DNA of 64,000 nucleotides, taken from contig MFZX01000009.1 in the NCBI GenBank assembly GCA_001788095.1, forward strand, positions 185 through 64,184. The letters are read 5' to 3'. This document shows, in pieces, positions 51,602 to 60,907 of the stretch. Source of the stretch: Candidatus Roizmanbacteria bacterium RIFCSPHIGHO2_12_FULL_37_23. GTDB lineage: Bacteria > Patescibacteriota > Microgenomatia > UBA1406 > HO2-37-13b. A program made the position numbers and the translations under genes. Every line of letters begins with the position of its first letter. Within the stretch, counting starts at the first letter, position 1. The notes beneath the pieces are model-generated. The model was not told the origin of the DNA. It did no database searches and was given only the letters and a program-made list of their open reading frames with translations.

Positions 51602-54157
51602 ATGCAAAACCCATCAAGACGACTACGCAGGATGAAAAGCGGGTTATTCAAGGAGAAGGTAGTCTCCTATGCGCTTAAGAGTGCTTTGATAGGAGTTGTG
51701 GCCTTTTTTCTATTAGGAATGGCTGCTTTTGCATATTTTTCAAGAGACTTACCAGAGCCAGGAAAAATTCAACGAAGAGAAGGATTCTCAACCGTTTTTT
51801 ACGATCGGAATGACAAAGTCTTATTCGAAATGTTTGAAGATAAAAATAGAATTCCCGTTGATATAGAAGATGTCCCAGAAGATCTTAAAAATGCAACGGT
51901 TGCTGTAGAAGATAAAACTTTTTTTAAACACAAAGGTTTCTCTACCCCAGGAATCGCCCGCGCAATGCTCACCATAGTATTGAGGGGACGACTTGCAGGT
52001 GGCTCAACACTAACTCAACAACTTGTAAAAAATGTTTTATTAACTCAAGAGAGAACAGTTACGAGGAAAATAAAAGAATTGGTCCTAGCTGTAGCTATTG
52101 AACGTAAATTTTCAAAGGATGAAATACTTGAAATGTATCTCAATGAGTCTCCCTATGGTGGTACATTTTGGGGTGTACAATCTGCCTCAAAAGGATATTT
52201 TGACAAGGATGTTAAAGATTTGAAGCTTGTTGAATCTGCAATTATCGCTGGTTTGCCGCAACGGCCTTCGGTTTATAATCCGGTGACTGGACAACCCGAT
52301 GCTTACAAGACTCGTGCAAAAGATGTGTTACGAAGAATGCGTGAGGATGAATATATTACACAAGCGCAGGAACAACAAGCTCTTAAGGATCTCCAGAAAG
52401 TAACCTTTGAAAAAGCTCATCTTGCTATAGAAGCACCGCATTTTGTATTTTATGTGCGAGAGTTAGTGGTAAAACAATTTGGGGAGAAGATACTTGATCA
52501 GGGAATTGAGATAAAAACAACACTTGATTCTGATGTTCAAAAAGAAGCTCAGAAAATTGTTGCAGCAGAGATCAAAAAAACCAAAGCTCTTCATGCTACA
52601 AACGGTTCAATGGTAGTGCTGGATTCACAAACAGGTGAGATACTAGCTATGGTTGGATCTTATGATTATAACGATGAAGAATTTGGTCGTTATAATACTG
52701 CAGTTGCCCACAGACAACCTGGCTCTGCTGTTAAGCCTATCACCTATGCTGTTGCATTTGAGCAAGGCTATACACCTTCTTCTGTAGTTATGGATATTCC
52801 TACAGAATTTCCAGACCAAGGGGGAAAGACATATAATCCAATCAATTACGATGGCAAATTCAGAGGTCCTTTGCAATATCGCTTTGCACTTGCAAATTCA
52901 ATTAATGTCGCAGCGGTTAAAGTACTTGCAAATGTGGGTATAAAAAATTTTCTACAAAAAGCATATGATATGGGAATGAACGATTTTGAACCTACTGATG
53001 AGAATCTTAAGCGATTTGGTCTTTCTATTACATTAGGCGGTGGTGAAACAACTTTACTTGATTTAACATCCGCGTATTCGTCTTTCGCCCGAGGAGGAAC
53101 ATACATAGAGCCAAGTTCGATTCTTGAAATAAAAAATCATAAAAACAAAACTATTTTTAAAGCAAAAAAACCATCAAGTAAAAATGTTTTATCTCAAGAA
53201 GTCTCTTTTTTAATATCGCATATTTTATCGGATAATAATGCCAGAGCTGATGCTTTTGGAACAAATAGCTACCTTAATATTCCCGGTAAAACAGTCGCAG
53301 TAAAAACAGGAACTACTAATGATAAACGTGATAACTGGACAGTCGGATACACTAATGACGTAACCACTGGAGTTTGGGTAGGAAATAACGACAATTCTCC
53401 TATGAATCCAGAAATAGCCTCAGGACTTACAGGAGCATCAAGTATTTGGCATAAAGCAATGCGAGAGTTTCTTAAGAAATATAAAGATGGTATCATAGAA
53501 AAACCAAGTAATGTAGAAGCTCTTCAAATAGATGCATTTTTAGGTGGTTTACCAAGAGAAGGACAGCCTATACGATCTGAATACTTTATTAAGGGGAGTG
53601 AACCAACTGACATTTCTCCATTCTATAAAAAACTTAAGATATCAAAAAATACAGGTAAGTTAGCCAATGAAATCGAGATCAAAGCAGGCGAATTCGAAGA
53701 AAAGGATTTTATTGTTATTGCTGAAAGCGACCCTATTTCTACTGATGGAAGAAACAGATGGCAAGAAGCGATTATTGCTTGGACAACACAACAGGCAAGC
53801 GACATATTTAGACCGCCAACAGAGCTTTCAGATACGAAGAGTGATGAAATTATCATAAGCTTTAAAGAACCGGAAGATAGCAAAAGAATTAATTCAAATA
53901 GCATTCAGGTGAAGGCAAAAATAACATCACTTCATAGCATTAAGAAGGTGGAAATTCTCGTTAATGACAATCTTGTTCAGCAATATGATGGAGATAAACG
54001 AGAGATTGATGAGCCGCTTAATTTGCCTGATGGAATATATGAAATTAAAATCCGTGCAGAAAATGTTAAAGGTACAGTTAAGGACAATCGTGTACGTATT
54101 GGTATAAACAAGGAGTGGAACGAATTGGGTTCTGAACCTACTCCAACGCCTGAATAA
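51602..54157 (+). CDS. bifunctional class A penicillin-binding protein (PBP1A-type glycosyltransferase/transpeptidase) with a C-terminal Ig-like domain
   Basis: GT51 motifs EDKTFFKHKGF and GGSTLTQQLVKN. Transpeptidase motifs SAVKP (SxxK), SIN (SxN) and KTGTT. N-terminal TM anchor. Confidence 0.9.
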   Translation: MQNPSRRLRRMKSGLFKEKVVSYALKSALIGVVAFFLLGMAAFAYFSRDLPEPGKIQRREGFSTVFYDRNDKVLFEMFEDKNRIPVDIEDVPEDLKNATVAVEDKTFFKHKGFSTPGIARAMLTIVLRGRLAGGSTLTQQLVKNVLLTQERTVTRKIKELVLAVAIERKFSKDEILEMYLNESPYGGTFWGVQSASKGYFDKDVKDLKLVESAIIAGLPQRPSVYNPVTGQPDAYKTRAKDVLRRMREDEYITQAQEQQALKDLQKVTFEKAHLAIEAPHFVFYVRELVVKQFGEKILDQGIEIKTTLDSDVQKEAQKIVAAEIKKTKALHATNGSMVVLDSQTGEILAMVGSYDYNDEEFGRYNTAVAHRQPGSAVKPITYAVAFEQGYTPSSVVMDIPTEFPDQGGKTYNPINYDGKFRGPLQYRFALANSINVAAVKVLANVGIKNFLQKAYDMGMNDFEPTDENLKRFGLSITLGGGETTLLDLTSAYSSFARGGTYIEPSSILEIKNHKNKTIFKAKKPSSKNVLSQEVSFLISHILSDNNARADAFGTNSYLNIPGKTVAVKTGTTNDKRDNWTVGYTNDVTTGVWVGNNDNSPMNPEIASGLTGASSIWHKAMREFLKKYKDGIIEKPSNVEALQIDAFLGGLPREGQPIRSEYFIKGSEPTDISPFYKKLKISKNTGKLANEIEIKAGEFEEKDFIVIAESDPISTDGRNRWQEAIIAWTTQQASDIFRPPTELSDTKSDEIIISFKEPEDSKRINSNSIQVKAKITSLHSIKKVEILVNDNLVQQYDGDKREIDEPLNLPDGIYEIKIRAENVKGTVKDNRVRIGINKEWNELGSEPTPTPE

Positions 54158-56135
54158 TTTTCTTTAATTCAGATTTTGCTTCTTCTTCAGTAATATTTCT
54201 GTCTTTTCGTTCAAAACTTAAGCGGAGAGTAATCTTATTTTCAAATGTATCAAGGAGAGCTATGTCAGTAATATATTTTGATGTTGCGCGAATGATTTTT
54301 ACTACCGAATCATATGGCTGTTTTTTTATCAATGGTACCGTCATATCAAGTTTTACTATTGCATAAGGATTGATCGGTTGATATGTAGAGACCGTTTGAG
54401 AGGCAGAAACAAGATTTTTCATTGTAAGCCCAGCTAAATAAAGAGGGTCTTTTAGCCCATGTCTCTCTTGGTAAGATGGTGCAATTTGTCCAATCCAACC
54501 AAAGATCGCTCCATCAGGTGTTAGGAGCTCGGCTTGGGTAGTATGCGAAAGATATGGAACTTGAGATGTTGGTTGAAATGATACAGTGATGTTACATTCT
54601 TGACATAATGCTTCAAGAATTCCTTTAATATCAGCATAAGATGTATTAGTAACTAAACCAAGTTGTTTTTCCTCATCTGGTAGGTCGTTTTTTTTAGGAT
54701 GATATACATTTGCAATTTCGAAAAAACGTAGTTGTTTTCTCTTACCTTGATTATCCTTGATATTTTGAATAAGCGAAGAAGTAAGCGAGGTGCGTAAGTA
54801 CTCTATTTCTTGAGAAATGGTATTTTTAATATGTAAATGCGCATGCACATCAAGACCAAGTGCTAAAATTTGGGCTTTTGAAATCATCGAGTAGTTATAG
54901 ACCTCATGAAGACCTAGATGTTTTAATAAATATTTGATTTTATTTTCCATTCGTAGGAGATTGTTTATATCCTGCGGTTGTTCAGCAAGGGCTGTTTGCT
55001 GGACCTTTGAAGGGATAAGATGGTATCCATATATTCGGGCGATTTCCTCAACAATATCTGCTTGAATGGAGATGTCATCGACTCGGTATGACGGAGGTGA
55101 CACTCGTATCTTATTGGTTGTACCAGAGGTTTTAAAGTTGAGGCGGTTAAGTATTGAGATGATATTTTTGTACCCAACTGGTGCTCCGATATCGCGTTGG
55201 ATATTCGAAAAACTGATGCTGAGATTTTTCTTTTGCGCCTTCTGAGGATAAGTGTCCAGAACCTTAGATGCTATCGTAGCTTCTGCATGTGTGCCAAGAA
55301 GCTCTGTACCATATACAAGTGTTGTCTCAGTCCTTTCTGGATCAAGTCCTTTTTCAAAATAAGTAACACTAGGGGTCCGTTGTCCAGTAAGCATCGAGGT
55401 CCTTCTGACAAATTTTTTGTTGAAGGATGGAACAAAAAGCAGAATATTTTTTGTCTGATCGGTGACTTCAGAATTTTGAGCACCCATGATTCCAGCTAAG
55501 TCAATCAGTCTGCCCTGAACGTCTTTGATGATGATATCATTTCCTGGAAGTATAATTTTTTTTCCATCAAGCGTGGTTATAGTTTCATTCTTCACACTCT
55601 TGGTAATAGCTATCCCAGATGCACCAAGTCGGTCTAAATCAAATACATGCACCGGCTGGCCAAAAGCAATTCGAATATAGTTTGAAATATCTACAACATT
55701 ATTTATCGGGCGTTCATCGCACAGAGAAAGCCTTTCTTGTATATACGCTGGAGATGGCTTAATAGTGATGTGAGTAAGTGCAACAGCAGTTATTCGACGT
55801 GCTAATGTTTTATCAGCGAGATGAATGATAGGTGTTGGTGCTTTACGACGTATATCTAGATAACGCAGTCTATATTTTTTAAAAGGGTCGATTTTTAAGC
55901 GGGCCTTTTTCTTGAATTGAGGCAATATAGCATAACACTCCTGTGCAATGCCGTATACAGAAGCGGTATCAATTCTGTTTGATGTAATTTCAATATCAAA
56001 CACGTAGTCGTCCCCCATTTTGATTACAGATTCAACAGAGGGCCCACAGAGCGAAAGATATTTTTGGATTTCAAAGGGATCAGCGTTTGTATCAAGATAT
56101 TCCAAAAGCCATTTATATGTAATTTTGATGTTCAT
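54138..56135 (-). CDS. pheT: phenylalanine--tRNA ligase beta subunit (short form, no N-terminal tRNA-binding/OB domain)
   Basis: 665 aa with B3/4, B5 and FDX-ACB-like C-terminal layout. Directly downstream of pheS. Confidence 0.85.
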   Translation of the reverse strand: MNIKITYKWLLEYLDTNADPFEIQKYLSLCGPSVESVIKMGDDYVFDIEITSNRIDTASVYGIAQECYAILPQFKKKARLKIDPFKKYRLRYLDIRRKAPTPIIHLADKTLARRITAVALTHITIKPSPAYIQERLSLCDERPINNVVDISNYIRIAFGQPVHVFDLDRLGASGIAITKSVKNETITTLDGKKIILPGNDIIIKDVQGRLIDLAGIMGAQNSEVTDQTKNILLFVPSFNKKFVRRTSMLTGQRTPSVTYFEKGLDPERTETTLVYGTELLGTHAEATIASKVLDTYPQKAQKKNLSISFSNIQRDIGAPVGYKNIISILNRLNFKTSGTTNKIRVSPPSYRVDDISIQADIVEEIARIYGYHLIPSKVQQTALAEQPQDINNLLRMENKIKYLLKHLGLHEVYNYSMISKAQILALGLDVHAHLHIKNTISQEIEYLRTSLTSSLIQNIKDNQGKRKQLRFFEIANVYHPKKNDLPDEEKQLGLVTNTSYADIKGILEALCQECNITVSFQPTSQVPYLSHTTQAELLTPDGAIFGWIGQIAPSYQERHGLKDPLYLAGLTMKNLVSASQTVSTYQPINPYAIVKLDMTVPLIKKQPYDSVVKIIRATSKYITDIALLDTFENKITLRLSFERKDRNITEEEAKSELKKIIQALE

Positions 56136-56138
56136 ATT

Positions 56139-57188
56139 TTAAAATTGTTCTAAAAAGCGTATATCTCCACTGTATAGAATTCTAATATCATCTACGTTGA
56201 GTCCTTGTTTCATCATAAAAACCCGTTCGATACCAAAACCAAAAGCCCATCCGCTATATTTTTTGGGGTCTATTCTGCCCTCTCTTAAAACATTTGGGTG
56301 CACCATTCCTGCCCCACCAAGTTCTAACCAACCAGACTTGCACACTTTACACTTAAGGTTTTTTACTTTTCCTGTTCCTTGGCAGATATCACAGGTAACA
56401 TCGACCTCGAACGAAGGTTCCGTAAATTGAAAGTGAAAAGGACGAAGACGAATCTCTCGATTGTTCCCAAAAAAAGATCGAGCGAAATATTCGATCGTAC
56501 CCTTAAGATTTGTTATATTAATACCTGAGTCTATGCAAAGCCCTTCAAATTGATGAAACATTGGTACGTGAGTTGCATCCCAATTGGGACGATATGTTTT
56601 AGCAATATTAATCATCTTGATAGGAGGTTTCTTACTTCTTATCATTTCTCTGACCTGACCTGATGATGTATGAGGAGTAAGTACCATTTTTCCGTATTCT
56701 TTATGAGGTGGAAAATCGATAAAAAAGGTTTCGAAATCATCTCTCGCTGGGTGGTCTTTCGGCATATTAAGACTCTCAAACGAAAAATATTCCCATTCCA
56801 CCTCGCGGTATGACATTCGAATGAATCCTAGGCGTTCAAATATTTGAGAAATTTCTTCTATTGCGTACGTAACGATGTGCAAACTACCATGTGGATATGG
56901 TAGTCCGGGAAGAGTTGGATCGATATAATGCTCACGGTCTTTTTTTTGGAGTATTATCCCTCTTTTTAGGTCAATAGATTTCTGGATGAAAAATTTTAGT
57001 GTATTTACAGATTCTCCAAAAATTTTTCTTTTTTCTTTAGGGACATCTTTTATTGATAAAAGAACTTCATTGACACGCCCTTTCCTTCCTAGATAAGCAA
57101 TGTTTAGAAGATTAAGTTCTTCGATAGATGTAATCTTTTTAAGATCTTTTTCGAAGTTTTGTTTTACATGTGCTATGTCGGAGTTCAT
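56139..57188 (-). CDS. pheS: phenylalanine--tRNA ligase alpha subunit
   Basis: 349 aa with class II motifs (HPARD, FRPxxxDATHxPxFHQxEG, GxGxGxER) and a Zn knuckle CDICQGTGKVKNLKCKVC, as in Bacillus-type PheS. Confidence 0.95.
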   Translation of the reverse strand: MNSDIAHVKQNFEKDLKKITSIEELNLLNIAYLGRKGRVNEVLLSIKDVPKEKRKIFGESVNTLKFFIQKSIDLKRGIILQKKDREHYIDPTLPGLPYPHGSLHIVTYAIEEISQIFERLGFIRMSYREVEWEYFSFESLNMPKDHPARDDFETFFIDFPPHKEYGKMVLTPHTSSGQVREMIRSKKPPIKMINIAKTYRPNWDATHVPMFHQFEGLCIDSGINITNLKGTIEYFARSFFGNNREIRLRPFHFQFTEPSFEVDVTCDICQGTGKVKNLKCKVCKSGWLELGGAGMVHPNVLREGRIDPKKYSGWAFGFGIERVFMMKQGLNVDDIRILYSGDIRFLEQF

Positions 57189-57199
57189 ACTCGCGGAAC

Positions 57200-57550
57200 T
57201 TAAGTCTTGTTGACTTCATCAACAATTTGTTTAAAGATCTTAGGTTTCTTGACAGCAAGCAATGCAAGTATTTTTCTATCAAGCTCGATATGGTGGTCCT
57301 TCATGTGTTTTATAAAAACACTATATGTTGTTCCAAGATCTCTTAATGATGCATTCATACGTGTAATCCAAAGGCTTCTAAAATCTCTCTTTCGAAGTTT
57401 TCTACCCATGAATGCGTACTCACCAGCGTGTAGGACGGCCTCTTGAGCGGTTTTGAAAAGTCGTCTTCGCGCCATTCTATATCCCTTTGCTTGTTTAAGG
57501 ACTTTTTTATGGCGTCTTCGCGTTGTTATACCAGCTTTAATTCGTACCAT
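57200..57550 (-). CDS. rplT: 50S ribosomal protein L20
   Basis: MVRIKAGITTRRRHKKVLKQAKGYR... Confidence 0.95.
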   Translation of the reverse strand: MVRIKAGITTRRRHKKVLKQAKGYRMARRRLFKTAQEAVLHAGEYAFMGRKLRKRDFRSLWITRMNASLRDLGTTYSVFIKHMKDHHIELDRKILALLAVKKPKIFKQIVDEVNKT

Positions 57551-57553
57551 ATT

Positions 57554-57751
57554 TTACACTCCCAGCATTTTTTTAATCTTTGCTTTATATCTACCTGTTA
57601 GTTTTCTAGGAACGTTGAGGCTTCGTAGCTGTTTTTTTGACTTATTGCTTCTTAGATGACGAATTCCATGTCCTCGGTGAAGTATCTTTCCTGACTTAGT
57701 AACTTTAAATCGTTTAAGAGCTGCTTTTTTTGTTTTCATTTTTTGTTTCAT
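57554..57751 (-). CDS. rpmI: 50S ribosomal protein L35
   Basis: MKTKKAALKRFKVTKSGKILHRGHGIRH... Confidence 0.9.
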   Translation of the reverse strand: MKQKMKTKKAALKRFKVTKSGKILHRGHGIRHLRSNKSKKQLRSLNVPRKLTGRYKAKIKKMLGV

Positions 57752-57753
57752 AG

Positions 57754-58287
57754 TTATTTTCTTCGAGAGATAACTGCAATGAGCACTTTTCCTTGAAAAC
57801 GTGGTTCTGATGCTGTTTGTACGTTTTCTAAAGATTGAATAAATCTATTCATTAGTTCAAATGCCATATCTCGTTTACCTAACTCTCGACCAAAAAGAGG
57901 AAGTTTGAGTCTCACTTGATGACCGTCTTGTATAAATTCCTGAGCTCTTTTTTCAAATCTTCCGAGGTCATTCTCACTGATAAAAAGTGAAATTTGCAGA
58001 TCCTTCATCTGACTCTTTTTTATTCCCTTCTTACCTTCTCTTAATTTTTTTTCCTCCTGATATTGATGTTTATGTACATCAATCGCTTTTACAACAGGAG
58101 GTGTAATACCAGGGGCAACTAAAACCAAATCCACTCCTCGCTCCCGAGCATAAGTGAATGCTTTGTCTCGAGGTAATACTCCTACCTGTTTTCCGTCTGC
58201 ATCTATAACTCGAAACTCGTCCCCACGAATTCTTTCATTAGTAATGTATGAAACTCTCGTCTTTTGGCTTCTAAATTTTCTTTCCAA
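57754..58287 (-). CDS. infC: translation initiation factor IF-3
   Basis: ITNERIRGDEFRVIDADGKQVGVL N-domain plus C-domain. The track start is a TTG that overlaps the thrS stop by 17 nt. A non-ATG start fits known infC autoregulation, but the exact start is uncertain. Confidence 0.85.
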   Translation of the reverse strand: MERKFRSQKTRVSYITNERIRGDEFRVIDADGKQVGVLPRDKAFTYARERGVDLVLVAPGITPPVVKAIDVHKHQYQEEKKLREGKKGIKKSQMKDLQISLFISENDLGRFEKRAQEFIQDGHQVRLKLPLFGRELGKRDMAFELMNRFIQSLENVQTASEPRFQGKVLIAVISRRK

Positions 58288-60022
58288 TGTCTTGTTTAAG
58301 TTGTTTTATGAACTCGTAAATATTTTGAAGACCAAGATCTTTTCCATCCCGAGTTCGTACCGAGATAGAATCACCTTTCTCCGCTTCCTTGTGGCCTATT
58401 ATACACATGTAAGGAACCTTTTTCAATGTCCACTCACGGATTTTTGCAGGCAATGTTTTAGCTTCAGTATCAAGTTCGACACGAATATCAGCCTCATTAA
58501 ATAATTCGAACATTTTTCTGGCTACATCGTTTATTTTATCACTCACCGGTAACACGGCTACCTGGATCGGAGCAAGCCAAAGGGGAAAGTTACCCGCTGT
58601 ATGTTCAATATAAACTGCTAAAAAGCGCTCAAGCGATCCGACAAGTGCGTAATGGATCATAACTGGTATTTTTTCCACGCCGTCCTTATCAGTATATTTT
58701 AGGCTGAATCTGCTTGGTTGCACAAAATCGAGTTGAGCTGTTGCAATTTGCCATTCACGACCTAATGCATCAAGAATCATAAAGTCTATCTTTGGTCCGT
58801 AAAATGCAGCCTCACCTGGAGCTTCGTAATATTCTAGCTTGTTTTGTTGAGCTATTTTTTGTATGATTTCTTGTGCACTTTCCCAAAGCTTAGGATCACC
58901 AAGATATTTATCTGGTTCGTGGGGATCTCTGTATGAGAGACGTACCCTGAACTTCATATCTAAAGCTTGATAGAATTCTTTTGAGATCTCAATGAGCATT
59001 TGGAATATGTCAGAAATTTGCTCTGGAGTAGAAAAAATATGGCTATCATCTTGCGTTACCGATCGGACTCGGCTAAGGCCTAATAATTCCCCAGCCTTTT
59101 CATCTCTATAAATAGTCGTTGTTTCAAGGTATTTAATTGGAAGGTCTTTGTAGCTTCGTGGACGACTTGCATAAATTTGTTGGTGATGTGGGCAATTCAT
59201 TGGTTTCATAACGAGCTCATCATTGGTCTCCTGGCTTTTCACCAGAAAAAGCTCGTCGCCAAACTTATCCCAATGCCCTGATGTCTTATATAAGTCATTT
59301 TTCGTAATATGTGGTATCCAAACTTTCTGAAATCCTCTTTTCTGACGCAATCCTTGTGAGAACGCATTGAGCTCTTCTCGAAGCACTGTGCCCTTAGGGG
59401 TGAAGAGTGGAAGACCTCTGCCAACGAGATCCGAGAAATAAAAGAGATCGAGATCCCTACCAAGCTTTCTATGGTCTCTTTTCTTTGCTTCCTCAAGGAG
59501 TGTAAGATGTTTGTCGAGCTCATCCTTTGACTCAAATGCTGTTCCATAAATTCTTGTCAGCATTTTATTTTTCTCATTACCCTTCCAATACGCTCCGGCT
59601 ACAGATAAGAGTTTAAAATATTTCAATTCTTCTTTTGGTTTTTTGACATGACCACCTCGACACAGATCAATAAAACTTCCTGATGTTTGGAGTTTAACTT
59701 GCTCATCCCGAGCAAGAATATCATCGACGATCTCTCTTTTATATTGATTCCAATGGAAAACTTCTTTTGCTTTTTCAGGTGTAACAATTTCTTCATTCAT
59801 TGAATCCCATGATTCTAGGATTTTTTTCATTTTTTCTTCAATACGAGGTAAATCGTCCTCAGATATTACATGATCACCAAGATCAAAGTCTTGATAGAAA
59901 CCATCTTCTATGGCTGGTCCGATTGCGTTTTGTGCTCCCGGATAAAGATCAATAACGGCAGCAGCTACTAAATGAGCGCATGAATGTCGAAGATTGTTAA
60001 GATATTCTTTATCGTTGTTCAT
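58271..60022 (-). CDS. thrS: threonine--tRNA ligase (no N-terminal TGS domain)
   Basis: 583 aa, starting in the editing/SAD domain (RHSCAHLVAAAV). Class II core and a C-terminal anticodon-binding domain are present. Confidence 0.95.
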   Translation of the reverse strand: MNNDKEYLNNLRHSCAHLVAAAVIDLYPGAQNAIGPAIEDGFYQDFDLGDHVISEDDLPRIEEKMKKILESWDSMNEEIVTPEKAKEVFHWNQYKREIVDDILARDEQVKLQTSGSFIDLCRGGHVKKPKEELKYFKLLSVAGAYWKGNEKNKMLTRIYGTAFESKDELDKHLTLLEEAKKRDHRKLGRDLDLFYFSDLVGRGLPLFTPKGTVLREELNAFSQGLRQKRGFQKVWIPHITKNDLYKTSGHWDKFGDELFLVKSQETNDELVMKPMNCPHHQQIYASRPRSYKDLPIKYLETTTIYRDEKAGELLGLSRVRSVTQDDSHIFSTPEQISDIFQMLIEISKEFYQALDMKFRVRLSYRDPHEPDKYLGDPKLWESAQEIIQKIAQQNKLEYYEAPGEAAFYGPKIDFMILDALGREWQIATAQLDFVQPSRFSLKYTDKDGVEKIPVMIHYALVGSLERFLAVYIEHTAGNFPLWLAPIQVAVLPVSDKINDVARKMFELFNEADIRVELDTEAKTLPAKIREWTLKKVPYMCIIGHKEAEKGDSISVRTRDGKDLGLQNIYEFIKQLKQDIGKKI

Positions 60023-60042
60023 TATATCTTACTATTATAAAC

Positions 60043-60065
60043 AAAAAACCCCGGCAAGCGGGGTT
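60043..60065 (-). terminator. intrinsic terminator in the thrS leader (AACCCCG-CTTGC-CGGGGTT plus U-tract)
   Basis: Minus strand: 5' arm at 60065..60059, loop at 60058..60054, 3' arm at 60053..60047, then TTTTGTTT. It ends about 17 nt before the thrS ATG. Confidence 0.7.
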
Positions 60066-60091
60066 ATATATTGCATATTACAACCACCGCC

Positions 60092-60139
60092 CTACGGACA
60101 GCTTGTGGTGGTAGTTGTAAAGCAATTACGCGTATTCAT
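60092..60139 (-). CDS. candidate Thr-rich leader peptide of thrS (MNTRNCFTTTTTSCP); an in-frame upstream ATG at 60172 would give a 26-aa version
   Basis: Hand translation of the minus strand: ATG AAT ACG CGT AAT TGC TTT ACA ACT ACC ACC ACA AGC TGT CCG TAG. The Thr codons lie inside the 5' arm of a hairpin that competes with the antiterminator/terminator pair. Confidence 0.55.
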   Translation of the reverse strand: MNTRNCFTTTTTSCP

Positions 60140-60200
60140 TATTCCATTAGTCGGTATCAATAATAAAATCATGTTTATATATAGTCTTACATTATGTTTG

Positions 60201-60274
60201 TGGGCGAAGAGGGACTTGAACCCCCGACCTCTGCAATGTCAATGCAGCGCTCTGGCCAGCTGAGCTATTCGCCC
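60201..60274 (-). tRNA. tRNA-Val (anticodon GAC)
   Basis: Reverse complement GGGCGAATAGCTCAGCTGGCCAGAGCGCTGCATTGACATTGCAGAGGTCGGGGGTTCAAGTCCCTCTTCGCCCA. Anticodon stem is CTGCA/TGCAG and the loop is TTGACAT. No encoded CCA. Confidence 0.9.
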
Positions 60275-60331
60275 AATGCAATATGATTAGACTAGGGAAT
60301 ATTATAGCAAAGAGATGAGATAGACGAAAGA

Positions 60332-60892
60332 CTACATTACATTTCGTGCAGCTTGAAGTTCCTGAGACATGGAGTACTGTGTTCCTTTCTTTTTAGATCG
60401 GACAACAAATGCAGAGCCTCTTTTAGCTTTTTTTGATTGCATGGCCATAAGCCATGTTTTTGCTTCGCCAACCTTTACTTTAAGTCCTTGGAGAAACGAA
60501 AGAATTAATTCCAGATATCGAATATGATAGACTCCTGGCCTTTCAGGCAGGGATTGAAGAGTGATTTTTTCAATATTTTCTACCTCGGAAGTGAGACTGT
60601 CACTTCTACTTTTAATGTCTTTTACTTCAATTCTGATTTGCTCAATGAGTTGTTGCATCTCTTTGATTTTCTGATGTCGCTCTTTGGTTTCGTAGTGTTC
60701 GTGGAAAGTAAAAATCGTTTTAAACTCTGGATTAGCTTGTGCTTCCTTTTGACTGTGAGATCGATATTCCTGTTCGATGATACTTTTTTGCAAATCAAAG
60801 TCAAATATATCAGATGAAGGTGCTGACTGAACCTGAGATTCAATAGGATTTTTATATTTTAATCCCTTTTTTACATTCTGTTGGATACTCAT
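60332..60892 (-). CDS. hypothetical coiled-coil protein
   Basis: 186-aa ORF with a central heptad-like region (IKEMQQLIEQIRIEVKDIKSR) and a basic C-terminus. No motif recognised. Confidence 0.5.
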   Translation of the reverse strand: MSIQQNVKKGLKYKNPIESQVQSAPSSDIFDFDLQKSIIEQEYRSHSQKEAQANPEFKTIFTFHEHYETKERHQKIKEMQQLIEQIRIEVKDIKSRSDSLTSEVENIEKITLQSLPERPGVYHIRYLELILSFLQGLKVKVGEAKTWLMAMQSKKAKRGSAFVVRSKKKGTQYSMSQELQAARNVM

Positions 60893-60907
60893 TATATGCT
60901 AATTTTA

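Noticed and set aside
60066-60120. Possible T-box riboswitch upstream of thrS (TAGGGCGGTGGTTGT vaguely resembles the T-box sequence AGGGUGGUACCGCG)
   Set aside because: The leader is only about 180 nt, and I could find no Stem I, specifier loop, AG bulge or distal platform. The resemblance is short. The same nucleotides are better explained as segment 2 of the leader-peptide attenuator.
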